61,674 nucleotides of DNA from Candidatus Kaiserbacteria bacterium. Lineage in GTDB: Bacteria; Patescibacteriota; Minisyncoccia; Phycocordibacterales; UBA2100. The notes below the pieces were generated by a model. The model was not told the origin of the DNA and did no database searches. It saw nothing but the letters and a program-made list of their open reading frames with translations. The DNA lies in NCBI GenBank assembly GCA_016217975.1, contig JACRFH010000028.1:1-61674 (forward strand). The letters run 5' to 3'. The translations under genes and the position numbers were made by a program. Shown piece after piece: positions 59,790-61,674 of the stretch; position 1 is the stretch's first letter, and every line of letters starts with the position of its first letter.

Positions 59790-61454
59790 ATGAATGAATG
59801 GGGTGAATCGGTATTGGAATCGGGCGATGGCAAGAATATTGCGGAGCGACGCGCGGAAGGTGCACGGGTGGTCGCCCGTTATAAAGAATTGGTACAGGAA
59901 CGCGAGCAAAAAGCGAACCGGGTTCTGCTAGAAATGAAAGGGGTTATCAAACAATCAGGGCATACGATCAGAGAAGTCTTTGGTGACGACGTTGAGCACG
60001 GTTATGAAGTGCTGAACGTATACTCACCCGAATTCATCATCGAGACAATACAAAAACTGCATGGCGAGAAACTCCCGCTCAAAGGCATATATCTCGCAAG
60101 TACCTTGCTTCACAGAGAAGCTTGTAAAGAGTTCGGAAGTTGGCCACAAGCAATCTCAGCAGCAGGTATTGGTACGGTCGGTACGTTATATACAGAGGTG
60201 GACTGGATTAATGACAAACGGATACGAGACCATTTGATCAAGCTGCTCGAGAATTCTTCTGTTAAATGGTCCGAGATGGAATATGTCGGCGCGCAGCTCG
60301 TAGAGATTAAGCCAAACTCATTCAGAGATTGGTACTATAAGACTCTCGGGCCCCGCACCGCAACCTGGCGTGAAGATTTCATGGATCTTCTGCAGAGCAT
60401 AGATAAGAATGTCCCAGTAGCTACAAAAAAGAAGGAACGGTCAGGTACTATCGAGCTGCGACCGATCCCATCCCTGCGGGAGATTGAAACCGCTCTCTTG
60501 GAACTGGGGATTAAACCAGCTGCGAAAAAAGATGAAAAACCCGGACATGTGGCTGAGTCTACGAAAACATTATTCCGACTGAAACAGATCGCAAGCGAGC
60601 GATTAAAGGAATTATGTGTGCTTCAGGAGAAAGCGGCAGTAATGGCTGAACATGAGGGGTTTACGCTTGAGCAGCTATTTCCTAAAGAGTTCAAAAATAG
60701 ATCGGGAAAAAGAAGTAAAATCTGGACTCCCGAATTCATCGCCAGTACGATCAAAAAGCTCCACAACGAGGGCTTGCCCATCAACTCCTCCGCCGTGCAG
60801 GATCATGCAATTATGAGTGCTGCATATCGAGAATTCGGCGGATGGGAAAATGCAGTGAGAGCCGCGGGAATCGACTACGACCGGGTTCGTTTCAACGAAA
60901 AGGCGCCTCGTGAGGGCGGATTCTTTCAAAAACAAAGCAGATGGTCTCCCGAAAGATTGACTTTGGAAATCCAGCGGCGGTACAGGCTACATCTCCCCCT
61001 AAATCTCAAAGCGGTCGAGAAATCCGATTCTCGCCTAATTTCCCAAGCCAAGAAATACTATCCTCAACGTTCATGGTATGAGGCCCTGCGTACAGCAGGA
61101 TTTGACGCGGATGAAATCAACCTGAGAGGCAGAGGTTCCCGCATGAAATATCCTACTTATAAGGTTAGCTTGCCGCGCAACTGGGTATCTATACACGCCC
61201 CTATTGGGGGCGAGCCCGAATTGACTCTTGAGGGAAGTCGACGTATTGCTACGGAAGATACGGAAGCGATCGCAAAAGTAGACGTACGGCTAATTATCGA
61301 AGCAATATTAAGACAAGGAAGTCTAAGTCGTGAAATGAATCGTCAGCTTCGTAGATATCACGAAGGGCAGCACTTGGAAGATGAGGAATTCGAGGCGCTG
61401 ACCGACGCAATAAATCAGAGTCCGGAGCTAGACAAACTTCTCAAGACGCAGTGA
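59790..61454 (+). CDS. 554-aa protein with three copies of a ~50-aa helical repeat resembling the homing-endonuclease-associated repeat
   Basis: YSPEFIIETIQKLHGEKLPLK...ACKEFGSWPQAISAAGI. WTPEFIASTIKKLHNEGLPIN...AYREFGGWENAVRAAGI. WSPERLTLEIQRRYRLHLPLN...QRSWYEALRTAGF. No nuclease motif seen. Confidence 0.55.
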   Translation: MNEWGESVLESGDGKNIAERRAEGARVVARYKELVQEREQKANRVLLEMKGVIKQSGHTIREVFGDDVEHGYEVLNVYSPEFIIETIQKLHGEKLPLKGIYLASTLLHREACKEFGSWPQAISAAGIGTVGTLYTEVDWINDKRIRDHLIKLLENSSVKWSEMEYVGAQLVEIKPNSFRDWYYKTLGPRTATWREDFMDLLQSIDKNVPVATKKKERSGTIELRPIPSLREIETALLELGIKPAAKKDEKPGHVAESTKTLFRLKQIASERLKELCVLQEKAAVMAEHEGFTLEQLFPKEFKNRSGKRSKIWTPEFIASTIKKLHNEGLPINSSAVQDHAIMSAAYREFGGWENAVRAAGIDYDRVRFNEKAPREGGFFQKQSRWSPERLTLEIQRRYRLHLPLNLKAVEKSDSRLISQAKKYYPQRSWYEALRTAGFDADEINLRGRGSRMKYPTYKVSLPRNWVSIHAPIGGEPELTLEGSRRIATEDTEAIAKVDVRLIIEAILRQGSLSREMNRQLRRYHEGQHLEDEEFEALTDAINQSPELDKLLKTQ

Positions 61455-61534
61455 ACTTTGATCGATCGTGCACAACGCGCATTTGCAGCCCACAGGCTTG
61501 ATGAATTCGTCGAAATATTCCTCGCCGTAATCAA

Positions 61535-61674
61535 ACTGTGAATAACGAAACCCCCTAAACGTGGGCTTTTCAAGGCATGCAAAAACTCCTCCAGCGAGGT
61601 TTTGAAAGCGAACACAGATTGTCACCTTGAAGCACGAATAATTTCTTTCAACTGGTTAGGCAAGCACGAACGAG
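61535..61674. repeat. Right arm of the perfect 140-nt terminal inverted repeat
   Basis: Identical to the reverse complement of 1..140. It starts 80 nt after the stop of the 554-aa gene. Confidence 0.97.

Noticed and set aside
61428-61625. 65-66-aa minus-strand ORFs crossing the right inverted-repeat junction (FDYGEEYFDEFIKPVGCKCALC)
   Set aside because: There is no RBS or family motif. The ORFs depend on sequence inside the repeat whose real continuation is unknown. They cannot be supported as genes.
1-61674. Whole window as a linear plasmid, phage or giant transposon bounded by terminal inverted repeats
   Set aside because: The block carries single-copy housekeeping genes (gyrA, ftsZ, ftsA, rpsA, pth, lepB, tRNAs). 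No replication, partition, capsid or transposase genes lie at the ends. One repeat arm truncates a transporter gene, so flanking inverted repeat copies or an assembly-graph overlap are more plausible.
1-61674. Alternative genetic code (UGA recoding, as in some CPR lineages)
   Set aside because: Conserved genes (gyrA, ftsZ, pilB, trxB) are full length and uninterrupted under the standard code, and several end at TGA where homologs end.

Overview
This is a 61.7-kb, gene-dense bacterial window that reads cleanly with the standard genetic code.

**Core genes.** gyrA, rpsA, pth, lepB, rpsU, ybeY, ftsA, ftsZ, trxB, tRNA-Lys and tRNA-Leu are unambiguous.

**Accessory blocks.**
- Five tightly packed TrbC/VirB2-like small membrane-protein paralogs sit behind a translationally coupled methyltransferase and an orphan solute-binding-like protein.
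- An alpha-glucan set: GH15, GH57, a glycogen-synthase-like GT and a HAD hydrolase.
- A minimal type IV pilus locus headed by a processive GT2. It has PilB, PilC and five prepilin-type proteins, one fused to an LVIVD-like beta-propeller, and is split by a DinJ-YafQ toxin-antitoxin pair.
- A ~13-kb same-strand island of secreted or surface proteins: giants of 1248, 950 and 713 aa plus five small Gly/Asn-rich proteins that share a short repeated module.
- An extracytoplasmic thiol-redox group: DipZ-like, DsbB-like and thioredoxin-like proteins.

This mix looks like a Patescibacteria/CPR genome, but that is inference only.

**Repeats.**
- A REP-associated tyrosine transposase (RAYT) flanked by its palindromes.
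- A related palindrome family that acts as bidirectional terminators and once sits in frame inside a CDS.
- A 28-nt hairpin element shared in frame by two unrelated genes.
- A perfect 40-bp palindrome.
- A perfect 140-nt inverted repeat at the two window ends.

No CRISPR array, rRNA, reverse transcriptase or integrase was seen.

**Top candidates.**
- The shared-module secreted protein family, a possible undescribed surface-fibre system.
- The in-frame palindromic mini-insertions.
- A ~220-nt candidate ncRNA at 43660..43881, bounded by a promoter and a terminator.

All family calls come from reading motifs by eye. No searches were run.
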